A stretch of DNA of 64,000 bases, taken from contig JABJEK010000097.1 of the NCBI GenBank assembly GCA_018702955.1, positions 7,631 to 71,630 on the forward strand, written 5' to 3'. The stretch comes from Rhodospirillaceae bacterium. GTDB taxonomy: Bacteria; Pseudomonadota; Alphaproteobacteria; UBA6615. The stretch's first letter is position 1, and each line of letters opens with the position of its first letter. A program made the position numbers and the translations under genes. The notes below the pieces were generated by a model. It searched no databases. It saw nothing but the letters and a program-made list of their open reading frames with translations, and was not told the DNA's origin. This document shows, in pieces, positions 10,075 to 20,578 of the stretch.

Positions 10075-11349
10075 ATGCAGAGCGAAACGCCTCCCGCGCC
10101 CTATAGCCGCCGCGCCGCGATCATCCGGATGGCCCCCATTTTGGGACTGACGTTCATCCTGGCGCATTTCCTGCGCTCCGCGCCGGCGGTCATCGCGCCG
10201 AATCTGCGCACGGAACTCGGGCTGACCCCGGGTGAACTCTCGAGCCTGCCGGCCGCGATTTTCCTGGGTGCAGCGCTCATGCAGCTCCCCGTCGGCGTCT
10301 TCCTCGACCGATTCGGACCCCGGCGCACCATGGCCGCGCTGTTTTCTCTGGCCGCGCTCGGCGCCATTGTATTCGCGGTCGCACAGGGCGTGGTCGTACT
10401 GGCCGTCGGGCTGTTCCTGATCGGTTGTGGCGCGGCTCCGGTGTTTATGGGCGTGATCGTCCTACTGTCGCGCTGGATCGCCCGCGACCGGCTCGCCACG
10501 GGCACAGCCATCTCGATTTCGGTCGGCGGTGCGGGGATGCTTTTGTCCGCCTCACCGTTTGCCGCCGCCGTGGAGCTCTATGGCTGGCGCGCGAGTTTGC
10601 TGGTCGTGGGGGTATTCTCATTCGCGGTGGCCGCTGCCCTGCTGGTGATGGTGCGCGACAGGCCGGAAGACGCACCCCACCCGGCCAGCACCGAGACCCT
10701 GCTCGAGACAATCTTCGGCGTTCGCCATGTCTTACGCGATACGCGCATCTATTCCTTCGCCGCCGTCACCGCCGTGTCCGTGGGGGCGTTGGTGACCATC
10801 CGCAACCTCTGGATCGGGCCCTATCTGAACGATGTGTTCGACCTCGACCTCATCGCACGCGGCAACGTGATCTTCGTGGTGTCCCTGACCTGGATCATCG
10901 CCGCGGTGCTCTACGGACCGCTCGACCGCAAGTTTGATACAAGGCGCGGCGTCGTGACCTGCGGCATGCTGGCCTTCACGGCCATGACGGGGGCGTTGGC
11001 GATCAACAGCAGCAACTCCGTGCTGGTCGTCACGATACTGCTCTCGGGCTTCGCGCTGTTCGCGCCGATGGCGTCACCCATCTTCGCCCATGCCCGCAGC
11101 CTGTTCCCGGACACGCACTCAGGGCGCGTGTTCACCGCCATCAACGTCTGCACCTGGTCAGGCGTGTTCCTAATGCAGATGGGGACCGGCGCCATCCTCG
11201 ACGCCTTCCCGGTCGACGAACTGGGCCGCAGCCCGGCGATCGCCTATCGCACCATGTTCGGGGTGCTGGTGATCGCCTTGCTGCTGGCCCTGATGATCTA
11301 CCGCCGGGTCGAGGACGTTCGGCCGTCGACCGAGCGGGATCATCCGTAG
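10075..11349 (+). CDS. MFS transporter
   Basis: About 12 predicted hydrophobic helices. Major facilitator superfamily (MFS)-like loop GVFLDRFGPRRT between TM2 and TM3. Confidence 0.75.
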   Translation: MQSETPPAPYSRRAAIIRMAPILGLTFILAHFLRSAPAVIAPNLRTELGLTPGELSSLPAAIFLGAALMQLPVGVFLDRFGPRRTMAALFSLAALGAIVFAVAQGVVVLAVGLFLIGCGAAPVFMGVIVLLSRWIARDRLATGTAISISVGGAGMLLSASPFAAAVELYGWRASLLVVGVFSFAVAAALLVMVRDRPEDAPHPASTETLLETIFGVRHVLRDTRIYSFAAVTAVSVGALVTIRNLWIGPYLNDVFDLDLIARGNVIFVVSLTWIIAAVLYGPLDRKFDTRRGVVTCGMLAFTAMTGALAINSSNSVLVVTILLSGFALFAPMASPIFAHARSLFPDTHSGRVFTAINVCTWSGVFLMQMGTGAILDAFPVDELGRSPAIAYRTMFGVLVIALLLALMIYRRVEDVRPSTERDHP

Positions 11350-11355
11350 CGCGAA

Positions 11356-12375
11356 CTAACTCGCGGCAGAGTCGACAAACACCTTCGCCAACTGGGCATC
11401 CGGGTACCGGTTACCCGCCGCGGCACCGACCGGAACGGCCGCAGACATCGCGGCCAGTTCGTCCGCCGACAGGGACACATCGAGTGCCCCCATGTTTTCA
11501 TCGAACCGCTCGGCGCGCTTGGTACCCGGAATGGCCACAACATCGTCGCCCTGCCCGATCAACCAGGCGAGAACCACCTGGGCCGGCGTGCAATTTTTCT
11601 TGGCCGCGAATTCGGCGACCCGAAGTGCCAGTTCGCGGTTCTGCTGGAAATTGCCCTGCGAAAAGCGAGGATGACGATAATGGGGATCGTCTTCCGGCAC
11701 GGTCTCGGAATTGATGAAGTGGTCCGTCAGGAGGCCACGACCCAGCGGCGAATAGGCCACGAAGGAAATGCCCAATTCGCTGGTGGCCGCGCGAATCTGT
11801 TCGGCCTCATCCCGGTACAGAATCGAGTACTCGCTCTGCACCGCCGCCAGCGGATGGGTCGCATGGGCCCGGCGAATGGTATCCGGCTTGGCCTCGCAGA
11901 TGCCGATGGCCCGGACCTTGCCGGCATCGACCAGCTTGGCCATCGCCCCGACCGTGTCCTCGATCGGGACCTCCTGATCGACGCGATGCTGGAAGTAGAG
12001 ATCGATCACATCGATCCCAAGGCGTTGCAGGCTCTTGTCGCAGGCTTCTGCGACATACTCAGGGCGTCCGTTCACGCCCATGCCGCCGCCTTCAATTTGG
12101 GTCTGACCGAATTTGGTCGCCAGCACCACCTTGTCGCGATAACCATCCGCCAACGCGCGCTTGAGCACCTCTTCGTTATGGCCCCAGCCATACATGTCGG
12201 AGGAATCCAGGAAATCGGCGCCATGGTCGATCGCATGGCGGACGAACGCCACATTCTCGTCGTCGTCTGCCGCGCCATACACGCCTGACAGGGACATGCA
12301 GCCCAACCCGACCGGTGCGCATTTCAAATCACTGCCGCCGAGCTGGCGTTTCGTTGCCCTGTTGATATCGGTCAT
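11356..12375 (-). CDS. aldo/keto reductase
   Basis: AKR motifs: LGLGCMSLSG, DSSDMYG, AIGICEA, IPGTKRAERFDEN. Confidence 0.85.
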   Translation of the reverse strand: MTDINRATKRQLGGSDLKCAPVGLGCMSLSGVYGAADDDENVAFVRHAIDHGADFLDSSDMYGWGHNEEVLKRALADGYRDKVVLATKFGQTQIEGGGMGVNGRPEYVAEACDKSLQRLGIDVIDLYFQHRVDQEVPIEDTVGAMAKLVDAGKVRAIGICEAKPDTIRRAHATHPLAAVQSEYSILYRDEAEQIRAATSELGISFVAYSPLGRGLLTDHFINSETVPEDDPHYRHPRFSQGNFQQNRELALRVAEFAAKKNCTPAQVVLAWLIGQGDDVVAIPGTKRAERFDENMGALDVSLSADELAAMSAAVPVGAAAGNRYPDAQLAKVFVDSAAS

Positions 12376-12513
12376 GAATTACACTCCCCTTATCTGCCGC
12401 GCTTGGGCAGGATTTATTTCCCCGGATCAAGCCCGGCATGAACATGGCGGCAGCATAGACGCGCCGAACGGCAGATGCGAGACACCTGCCGCGAGATTTA
12501 GACCCGCTATCGA

Positions 12514-14184
12514 CTAGGGCGCCCAGGCGTCCGGCGTGATGCTGCCGATATCGGTTTTCACATCGATGATGGCCGGGCGCCCGCTGGCAATCGCCTGGTC
12601 CAGTGCGCCCTCAAAATCGCCCGGTTTCTCGACCGTGAGGCCCAGGCCACCCATGGACTCGGCGATCTGCGCGAAGTCCGTGTCCTTGAAGATCCAGAGA
12701 TCGTCCGACCCCGGCGTCTGGCCGCCGTAGGTCGCCTCGTTGATCCCCTTTTCCTGATTGAGCGAGTGGTTGTTATTGACCACGGTCACGGTGTTGATGC
12801 CGCAGCGCACCGCCGTCTCCATCTCCGTCAGATGGTACCACATGGCTCCATCCCCGGCGAAGCAGATGACCGGCCGGTCCGGGGCGGCGCATTTCGCCCC
12901 CATCGCGGCGGGAAACGCCCAGCCGAGCGAGCCCGCACAGCGGATATAGCTCTGGCCGGGATGCTTCAGATCGATCATGGAGCCGGTCCACACGCCCGAA
13001 TGGCCCGTGTCGGACACCAGAATCGCATCACTCGGCAAATGCGCCGTGTATTCGGCACACAGACGCTCCGTACGGAACGGGACATCGTCCGACGCCATCA
13101 GCGGTGCCACCTCCGCGCGCCATTCGGCGACGAGCGCGCTCGTGTGCTCCAGCCAGGCGGCGCGATCGGTGTTTTTCTCGCTCGCCGCCAGCAATGCCGA
13201 CAGCCCGGCACGGGCGTCACACTGCATGGCCGCGCGGACCGGATAGCTGCGGCCCAGCTCGCGGGGATCGATATCGATTTGCACGGTCGCGGCCTCGGGT
13301 CCCGGTACCCGCCACTCGTTGGTCACCATGCCGCCCGCGCTACAGCCGACATAAATCACGAGATCGGCCTCGCAGACCGCCCGGTTGGCACACCAGCGCG
13401 AATAGGCACCGACCACGCCCACGCACAACGGATGGGTGTCCGGGATCATGCCCTTGCCGTTGAGTGACGTGGCGACCGGGATCGAGAGCGCCTCGGACAG
13501 CGCGACGAGTTCCGCCCCAGCCCCGCTATGTTTGACACCGCCGCCGGCCACGATGATTGGCTTCTTGGCCGCCGCGATCTCGCGGGCAACCGCCGCGACG
13601 CCTGACGGGTCGGGTTCGGGGCGGAACGGCGGAATCTGTTTGAACTGTTCCTCGATCAGGACCTCAAGATCGGCTTCGGCCTCGAGGATGTCCTGGCCAA
13701 CGATGCCGTCGAAATCGAGGTGGACCGGTGCGGGCTGCCCGCTGACCGCCTCACGAAACGCCTGGCGCAGGGCGCGCGGCAGCTGATCGATATCGGTGAT
13801 CGCGTTGCTGTATTTGGTCACCGCCTCGAACGGCCCGCGATGGTCGACTTCCTGATAGGCGTGACGCTGCTGATAAGCCTGGGACCGCCGGCCCGTCATC
13901 GCGATCACCGGCGACCCCGCCAGATAGGGGTCCTGCAGGCCTGCCGCCAGATTGGCCGCACCGACGGCCTGGGCCATGCAGACCCCGGGATGGCCCGCGA
14001 TCCGCGCATAACCGTCGGCCATGTAGGCGGCCGGTTTCTCGCCATGAACCATGATCCGACGCATGCCGAGTTCCTCGATCTCCTTGAGCGCGCCGATACC
14101 GAACACCGGCATGAAGAACACATGGCTCAGGCCATAGCCTTTCAGGGTTTCCGCCAGAAACCGCGATCCTGTCATTTTCGTCAT
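12514..14184 (-). CDS. thiamine-pyrophosphate-dependent enzyme (acetolactate-synthase-like)
   Basis: TPP N-terminal domain (YMADGYARIAG), central domain, C-terminal GDGAMWY...N-N motif. The ATG at 14184 has a strong GGGGGAGAAG RBS. The upstream ATG at 14199 has none. Confidence 0.8.
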   Translation of the reverse strand: MTKMTGSRFLAETLKGYGLSHVFFMPVFGIGALKEIEELGMRRIMVHGEKPAAYMADGYARIAGHPGVCMAQAVGAANLAAGLQDPYLAGSPVIAMTGRRSQAYQQRHAYQEVDHRGPFEAVTKYSNAITDIDQLPRALRQAFREAVSGQPAPVHLDFDGIVGQDILEAEADLEVLIEEQFKQIPPFRPEPDPSGVAAVAREIAAAKKPIIVAGGGVKHSGAGAELVALSEALSIPVATSLNGKGMIPDTHPLCVGVVGAYSRWCANRAVCEADLVIYVGCSAGGMVTNEWRVPGPEAATVQIDIDPRELGRSYPVRAAMQCDARAGLSALLAASEKNTDRAAWLEHTSALVAEWRAEVAPLMASDDVPFRTERLCAEYTAHLPSDAILVSDTGHSGVWTGSMIDLKHPGQSYIRCAGSLGWAFPAAMGAKCAAPDRPVICFAGDGAMWYHLTEMETAVRCGINTVTVVNNNHSLNQEKGINEATYGGQTPGSDDLWIFKDTDFAQIAESMGGLGLTVEKPGDFEGALDQAIASGRPAIIDVKTDIGSITPDAWAP

Positions 14185-14237
14185 TGTCTTCTCCCCCATA
14201 TTTCAAGCCGCCATTATGCCGACGGTCTCGCATAGTT

Positions 14238-15104
14238 TTACTTTTCGAGTTGCGCAACGCCACCCGCGCCAAACAGCCGTACGCCGTTGCCATGCGCGAT
14301 TGCCTGGCCAATATCCGGCGGCAGCTGAGCAAGCCAAACACGGTGACGATTGATGATGTTCGCATAAACATCCCACTGGTCCGTCACATAGGTGTCCGAC
14401 GCCGTCAGGAAACGGTCGGGATAGGCCAGAAAAAGATCCCGCCACGCCGTATTGATTGTTCCGCCGGGCGCAATCTCGAAACCCCGGATCGAAATCTCTG
14501 CCCAGAGTTTCTCGTGCGCCGCGAATGTGCGTGCAATTACGTCGGGCGGATCGACCATCCCCGCATGGGCCCAAAGAATTCGCGCGTCCGGCGTATGCGC
14601 GAATATGGCCTCGATCACCTCGGAATCAGCATGAACATGGAGCATCCGGCCCGTCGCGGCCGTCATCTGCGCTACGGCGCGCACGGTTTCGCTGTCGGCA
14701 TAGCGCACCTGGTGGAGGTGGAACTCGCCGATCCCGGCATAGCGATCCGGGTCCCAGCGCGCCTTGAGATACGGCAGCGCGTCAGGATGCCGGAACCAGT
14801 TGCCCGAATGCACCTGGCCGCCATAGGGGCGCAGGAACGGCACCACCAGGCCCGGCCCACCTTCTTTCAACAAGGCCAGCGTGTTGTCATCCGATGTGCT
14901 GGAAACAAGCGCGCGCGGCACGCCGGCCGCGTGCATCTTCTCGACGATCTCGGCCGGGCTGTAGGCGACCGACGCGTCCTCGTTGTAGTGGACGTGACCA
15001 TCGAAGACCGGGACGGGCGTATCCGCCATCGCAAGGGACGGGAATGTGGCGATCACGGCACCCACCGCCACAAGACGCGCAACCTGTTTCATGGAGAATT
15101 TCAT
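14238..15104 (-). CDS. secreted amidohydrolase-2 (TIM-barrel metal hydrolase) family protein
   Basis: Sec-type signal peptide MKFSMKQVARLVAVGAVIATFPSLAMA. Then the FDGHVHY metal-binding start typical of PF04909-like amidohydrolases. Confidence 0.7.
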   Translation of the reverse strand: MKFSMKQVARLVAVGAVIATFPSLAMADTPVPVFDGHVHYNEDASVAYSPAEIVEKMHAAGVPRALVSSTSDDNTLALLKEGGPGLVVPFLRPYGGQVHSGNWFRHPDALPYLKARWDPDRYAGIGEFHLHQVRYADSETVRAVAQMTAATGRMLHVHADSEVIEAIFAHTPDARILWAHAGMVDPPDVIARTFAAHEKLWAEISIRGFEIAPGGTINTAWRDLFLAYPDRFLTASDTYVTDQWDVYANIINRHRVWLAQLPPDIGQAIAHGNGVRLFGAGGVAQLEK

Positions 15105-15204
15105 GGTCCGATCCTGCCGCGCTTGGCGGTCTGGCGCAACAAAGGGCGCATGCTAGTTTCCGTCGATTGATAGACGGTTTCACCTCAACAATGGAGGCGC
15201 ACAG

Positions 15205-16056
15205 ATGCGCTCGCCCCTGGTTTCCGGACAAGTCGCGGCGGGCCTGATTGCCACTGCGATGACAGCCATGATGGCCACTGGCCCGATCGCTTCGGCACAG
15301 GACGCGATGACCAAGTACGTCCGTTATAATCTCAATGACGAAGTGTCATTCGGTATTCTGAACGGAACGACGATCGCCACCCTCGATGGCGACCCGATCA
15401 TGGGTGCCGCGCCGACCGGAAAGACTGTCGCGCTCGACAGCGTCAAACTTCTCCCGCCATCCGACGCGGGCAAGGTCTTCGCCGTCGGCATGAACTTCGC
15501 CAGCCATATCTCGTCGGCGTCCGACCGCCCGCCACCCTTGTTCCTGAAGCTCCCGACCTCCCTGACGGGCAGCGGCAGCGACGTCGGGCTGCCGCCAGAC
15601 GCCAACAACGTGCATTTCGAGGGAGAGTTGGTGCTGATCATCGGCAAGCAGGCGAAGAACGTTTCCGAGGCCGACGCCATGGATTACGTGTTCGGCCTGA
15701 CCGCTGGCAACGATCTGACCGAACGCAGCTGGCAGGGACGCGACCTGCAGTGGATGCGCGCCAAGGCAGCCGACGGGTTCGGCCCCGTGGGACCGGCGAT
15801 GGTAACCGGCCTCGACGCGAACAATGTCTTGCTCACGACCCGCCTGAACGGCGAAATCGTGCAGCAGGAAAACACCCGAAACATGATCCACAAACCGGCC
15901 AAGGTCGTCGCCTATCTCAGCCGTTACTTCACCCTGAAACCGGGGGACATGATCTTCATGGGCACCCCGGGCCGCACCTCGTCGCTCGATGATGGTGACG
16001 TCGTAACGGTGACGATCGGGGGTATCGGCACGCTTTCCAACAAAATCGTGCGTTAG
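15205..16056 (+). CDS. fumarylacetoacetate hydrolase (FAH) family protein with N-terminal signal peptide
   Basis: FAH-family core: FAVGMNFASH...LFLKLPTSLTGSG...FEGELVLIIGK...FGPVGP...KPGDMIFMGTPG. Preceded by signal peptide AAGLIATAMTAMMATGPIASAQD. GGAGG RBS. Confidence 0.75.
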   Translation: MRSPLVSGQVAAGLIATAMTAMMATGPIASAQDAMTKYVRYNLNDEVSFGILNGTTIATLDGDPIMGAAPTGKTVALDSVKLLPPSDAGKVFAVGMNFASHISSASDRPPPLFLKLPTSLTGSGSDVGLPPDANNVHFEGELVLIIGKQAKNVSEADAMDYVFGLTAGNDLTERSWQGRDLQWMRAKAADGFGPVGPAMVTGLDANNVLLTTRLNGEIVQQENTRNMIHKPAKVVAYLSRYFTLKPGDMIFMGTPGRTSSLDDGDVVTVTIGGIGTLSNKIVR

Positions 16057-16072
16057 TCACGCGCGGAAAAGC

Positions 16073-16480
16073 CTAGTTTCGCGTGGCCGTCGACCTCGGA
16101 AGCGGCGGCAGGACGATTCGGACGCGACTTGGATAGCGATGGATGAAACCGGTACCAGCGTCGCGTACAAGGCCGACGATACCACCGGCGAGAATATTGC
16201 CAAGCAGCAGAGGCTCCAACCCCGAATGCAAGGTCCCGGTGGTGGTCTCGTGCCCCGCCAGCTTGCATTCAACTTCGATGTCGCCCCAATCACGCGTCGC
16301 CACGAAGGTCAGCGGTGTGCCGCCGACCAGGCGTGTTCGCACACCATCGCGCTCGAGCGTGCATGCCGCACCCGGCGGCTCGGTGATCACCGTGACGATG
16401 TGACTCCGCTCGCTCACATAGCCAGCGCAGGCCGCCAGAAACAACAGTGAAAAGATTGCGGAAAATCGAAACATCGTCAT
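16073..16480 (-). CDS. small lipoprotein
   Basis: Signal peptide with lipobox LFLAAC|AG. 135 aa. No recognisable family. Confidence 0.55.
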   Translation of the reverse strand: MTMFRFSAIFSLLFLAACAGYVSERSHIVTVITEPPGAACTLERDGVRTRLVGGTPLTFVATRDWGDIEVECKLAGHETTTGTLHSGLEPLLLGNILAGGIVGLVRDAGTGFIHRYPSRVRIVLPPLPRSTATRN

Positions 16481-16679
16481 TCGGTAACAGTTCGGAACAC
16501 GACCGGCGGACTATGCCCATACAGCATACAATGGTCCAACCGTGATTTGGTGTGGTCGACGAACCGGATTGTCGCCGTGGTCTTGCTCGTCCCCCAATCC
16601 TTGATAAGGTATCCGTATATAACGCCAGACAAGAACGACCCCAGCGCGGGCCGCACAAAGCATTTTCGGAGAGTGTCAG

Positions 16680-19007
16680 ATGGAAAAATTCGGTGTTGGC
16701 CAAGGTGTGCGCCGCGAGGAAGACCCACGGCTCCTGCGTGGGCGCGGGCTGTTCACAAACGACGTGAACCTGCCCCACCAGACCTATGCGATCCTGTTGC
16801 GGTCCCCTTACGCCCATGCCGACATCAAATCGATCGACACGAGTGCGGCAAAAGCCGCGCCCGGCATACACGGGGTGTTCACCGGCGAGGATGTCGCGGC
16901 AGACAATCTGGGTGTCCCCGGCATGCCGGCCAAGTGGAAGCGCCCCGACGGCGAGCCCATGAAATACCGGCCGCAGCCGCCGCTGGCGCTGGATCGCGTG
17001 CGTTACGTCGGCGACCCGGTCGCCCTCGTGGTCGCCGATACCCTTGATCAGGCGCGCGACGCGGCCGAGCTGATCGACGTGGACTATCAAGACCTCCCGT
17101 CGATCACGAACACGGCCAAGACTGTCGATCCCGACGCAGCACTGGTGTGGGACGATTCTCCCGATAACGTCTCGGGACAGTTTCAGGCGGGCGATGCGGA
17201 CGCCGTGGAAGCGGCCTTCGCAAACGCGGCACGCATTGTGAAACGCCGCTTCGTCATCAGCCGGGTCTTCGCCCAGTATATGGAGCCGCGTGGCGCCATC
17301 GGCAATTTCGACGAGCACGAGGACCGTTACACCCTGCATGCCGACGTGCAGTATCCCCATCGGGTCCGCCAGCTTCTTTCCGAGAAGATATTCGGCATTC
17401 CCGAGCAGGCGATGCGCGTGGTCGCGCGTGATGTCGGCGGTGGTTTCGGCACCAAGGGCTGGCAGTATGCCGAACACCGGCTCGTCCTGTGGGCGTCACG
17501 CAAGATCGGTCGCCCGGTCAAATGGAATTGCGAACGTAGCGAGGCTGTCCAGGCCGACGAGCATGGCCGCGACAACGTCACGGAAGCCGAACTCGCCTTC
17601 GATGCGGACAACAACGTCATCGGCCTGCGGGTGAACACGATCGCGAATATTGGCGCCTACCTGTCGGCGATCAGGAACCTGCTGTCGGTGTTCGCCAATG
17701 TGGGAACATTGATCGGCGTCTACGACATCCCTGCGGCTCACGTGACCGTGCGCACGGTGCATTCGAACACCAATCCCACGGCCCCCTATCGCGGCGCGGG
17801 ACGGCCCGAGGCGACCTTTGTGATCGAACGCATGTTCGACGAATCCGCCCGCGAAATCGGTGTCGACCCGGCGGCGTTGCGTGCGCAGAACATGATCGCG
17901 TCGGACTCCATGCCGCTCAAAACGGCCCTCGGCCTGTCCTATGACTGCGGCGCCTTCATGGAAAACCAGGCGAAGGTCCTTGAGATGGCCGACTACCAAG
18001 GCTTCGCCACGCGGCGCGAACAATCAAAGACCAACGGCAAGCTGCGTGGCGTTGGCATCGCCAACCCGATCGAACGTGCGGGCTCGCCGTCGCCGGATTT
18101 TGCCGAAGTACGGTTCAACACCGACGGCAGCGCCACAGTCCTGATGGGCACCAAGAGCCAGGGACAGGGTCATGAGACCATGTACAAGCAGATCGTCGGC
18201 GAGCGGCTGGGCCTCGACCCGCGCGAAGTGCGGGTCATCGACGGCGACACGGACCGGGTCGCCTTCGGCATCGGCACGATGGGTTCACGATCGACCGTGA
18301 TCGGCGGATCGGCGCTCTACTATGCCTCGGAAAAGGTGATCAACAAGGCGCGCCAGATCGCCGCGCATTTGCTCGAAGCGGACGGGGCGGATCTCGAGTT
18401 CGCCGACGGCACCTTCACCGTCGCGGGAACCGACAAAACAATGACGCTGAAGGATGTGGCCAAGGCCTCCTTCGCGCCGGCGAAACTTCCAGCGGGCATC
18501 GAACCCGGTCTGTATGAAACGGCCACCTTCTCTCCCGAGGACGACACCTACCCCAACGGCAGCCATGTCTGCGAGGTCGAGATCGACCCCGACACGGGCG
18601 TCGTCGAGATGGTCGGATACTGGGTGGTCGACGATGTGGGCGTGATGGTCAACCCGACCATCGTGAAGGGCCAAATCCATGGCGGGATCGCCCAGGGGCT
18701 CGGCCAGGTGTTGATGGAACAGGTCGTCTACGACCCTGATAACGGCCAGCTACTGAGCGGTTCATTCATGGACTACGCAATGCCCCGAGCCGACAATTTC
18801 TCGGATATCGAGATTGTCGGCAACGCCGTCCCGACCAAGCGCAACCCGCTGGGGGTCAAGGGGGCCGGTGAAGCCGGCACCGTAGGTGCGCTGCCGGCCA
18901 TGATGAACGCGATCATGAACGCGCTCGCCGAGGTTGGGGTCACGGATCTCGATATGCCCGCGACACCCGACCGGGTCTGGCGGGCGATCGCCGAGGCGCG
19001 CGGTTAA
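16680..19007 (+). CDS. molybdopterin-dependent hydroxylase large subunit (xanthine dehydrogenase/CoxL family, form-II-like)
   Basis: 775 aa. Active-site loop APYRGAGRPEA (form-II AYRGAGR type), VGGGFGTKG molybdenum-cofactor motif, C-terminal dimerisation region. GGAGAG RBS. Confidence 0.85.
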   Translation: MEKFGVGQGVRREEDPRLLRGRGLFTNDVNLPHQTYAILLRSPYAHADIKSIDTSAAKAAPGIHGVFTGEDVAADNLGVPGMPAKWKRPDGEPMKYRPQPPLALDRVRYVGDPVALVVADTLDQARDAAELIDVDYQDLPSITNTAKTVDPDAALVWDDSPDNVSGQFQAGDADAVEAAFANAARIVKRRFVISRVFAQYMEPRGAIGNFDEHEDRYTLHADVQYPHRVRQLLSEKIFGIPEQAMRVVARDVGGGFGTKGWQYAEHRLVLWASRKIGRPVKWNCERSEAVQADEHGRDNVTEAELAFDADNNVIGLRVNTIANIGAYLSAIRNLLSVFANVGTLIGVYDIPAAHVTVRTVHSNTNPTAPYRGAGRPEATFVIERMFDESAREIGVDPAALRAQNMIASDSMPLKTALGLSYDCGAFMENQAKVLEMADYQGFATRREQSKTNGKLRGVGIANPIERAGSPSPDFAEVRFNTDGSATVLMGTKSQGQGHETMYKQIVGERLGLDPREVRVIDGDTDRVAFGIGTMGSRSTVIGGSALYYASEKVINKARQIAAHLLEADGADLEFADGTFTVAGTDKTMTLKDVAKASFAPAKLPAGIEPGLYETATFSPEDDTYPNGSHVCEVEIDPDTGVVEMVGYWVVDDVGVMVNPTIVKGQIHGGIAQGLGQVLMEQVVYDPDNGQLLSGSFMDYAMPRADNFSDIEIVGNAVPTKRNPLGVKGAGEAGTVGALPAMMNAIMNALAEVGVTDLDMPATPDRVWRAIAEARG

Positions 19008-19013
19008 TCGGGG

Positions 19014-19208
19014 CTAGCGGCGACGAAGCCAGACGATTCCGGCCACGGCGCCAACCGCGAGCAGAACCAGCAAGTGGTCGACGCCCAGCACCGGGTGGCC
19101 GGCACCCGCACTGTGTTCAACTCCGGTGACATGGGCAAAGGCCGGTGCGGTCGCGGTGGTGGCGGCAAACGCAACGGCCGCGGTGAAAAACTTCTGCATC
19201 TTGATCAT
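19014..19208 (-). pseudogene. truncated hupE/ureJ-like nickel transporter remnant (N-terminal 64 aa only)
   Basis: Signal peptide plus ...FAHVTGVEHSAGAGHPVLGVDHLLVLLAVGAVAG matches the conserved N-terminal HPxxGxDHLLAMLAVG region of HupE/UreJ. The frame stops after TM1. Sequence further downstream is occupied by the C-terminus of the opposite-strand CoxL-like gene. Confidence 0.5.
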
Positions 19209-19220
19209 CCTGTTGGCTTC

Positions 19221-19870
<650 letters not shown>

Positions 19871-19874
<4 letters not shown>

Positions 19875-20578
19875 GAGCGGAACAACCTCGAATATTGGGT
19901 TTCGTGAATCGTGGAGGCCCAGTCGACCATGATGGCCGCAGAACCCATATCGTCAACCGGGCGCGCAAGCGCCGCCTCGGCGGCGGCGACAATCACAGGC
20001 TCAAGCCCCGCCAGGACATGCAGCCCGTCGCTTTGCCCGAGCGGGATGGCGCGCACACCGGCCGACACAATATTCGCGGCAAAGGCGTGCAGATAGGCTT
20101 CGAGCGCCGGCAGCTCGGGAATTCCGTGATCGGCAGCGGTAACCCCGACCGCAACCGGGTAGGCTATCTCGCGCCCCGTTTCGGCGGCGATGTCGCTCAG
20201 GCGAACGAGCCAGGGACTCGACCAATGACGGGTGGCGGCGCTGACGAACGCCGCCCCCTGGCTCAACGTCTCCAACCCCAGTTCACGCGTCGGGCGCATG
20301 GCGTCACCCCGCTCCAGCACCCAGGCCAGGCCGTCTGTATCGTCGTTGCCCACCGCGTCATATGCCGCACAAAACAAGGCCGCATCAACCCGCCCGGTGC
20401 CAGAGGAAACAATTACCTCGATCCAGGAAGACAGATCTTCGCGGTCCGTCGCCATGCCGGTGTCGACTGCGGCTTCCAGGCCGTGGGAATAGCTGAACGC
20501 CCCGACGGGAAAGGCCGGCGAGAGCCAGGTCATCAGGCGCTGCAGGCGCACGCCCGAAAGAGAACGATCAGTGGTCAT
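19871..20578 (-). CDS. ureF: urease accessory protein UreF
   Basis: UreF N-terminal signature [24 protein letters not shown]. The ATG at 20578 has GGAG six nt upstream. Stop overlaps the ureG start (ATGA). Confidence 0.8.

Noticed and set aside
12376-12513. Short hairpin (ctgcc-gcgcttg-ggcag) between the TPP-enzyme stop and the AKR start.
   Set aside because: Only a 5-bp stem, with no U-tract on the strand of the upstream gene. Not convincing as a terminator.
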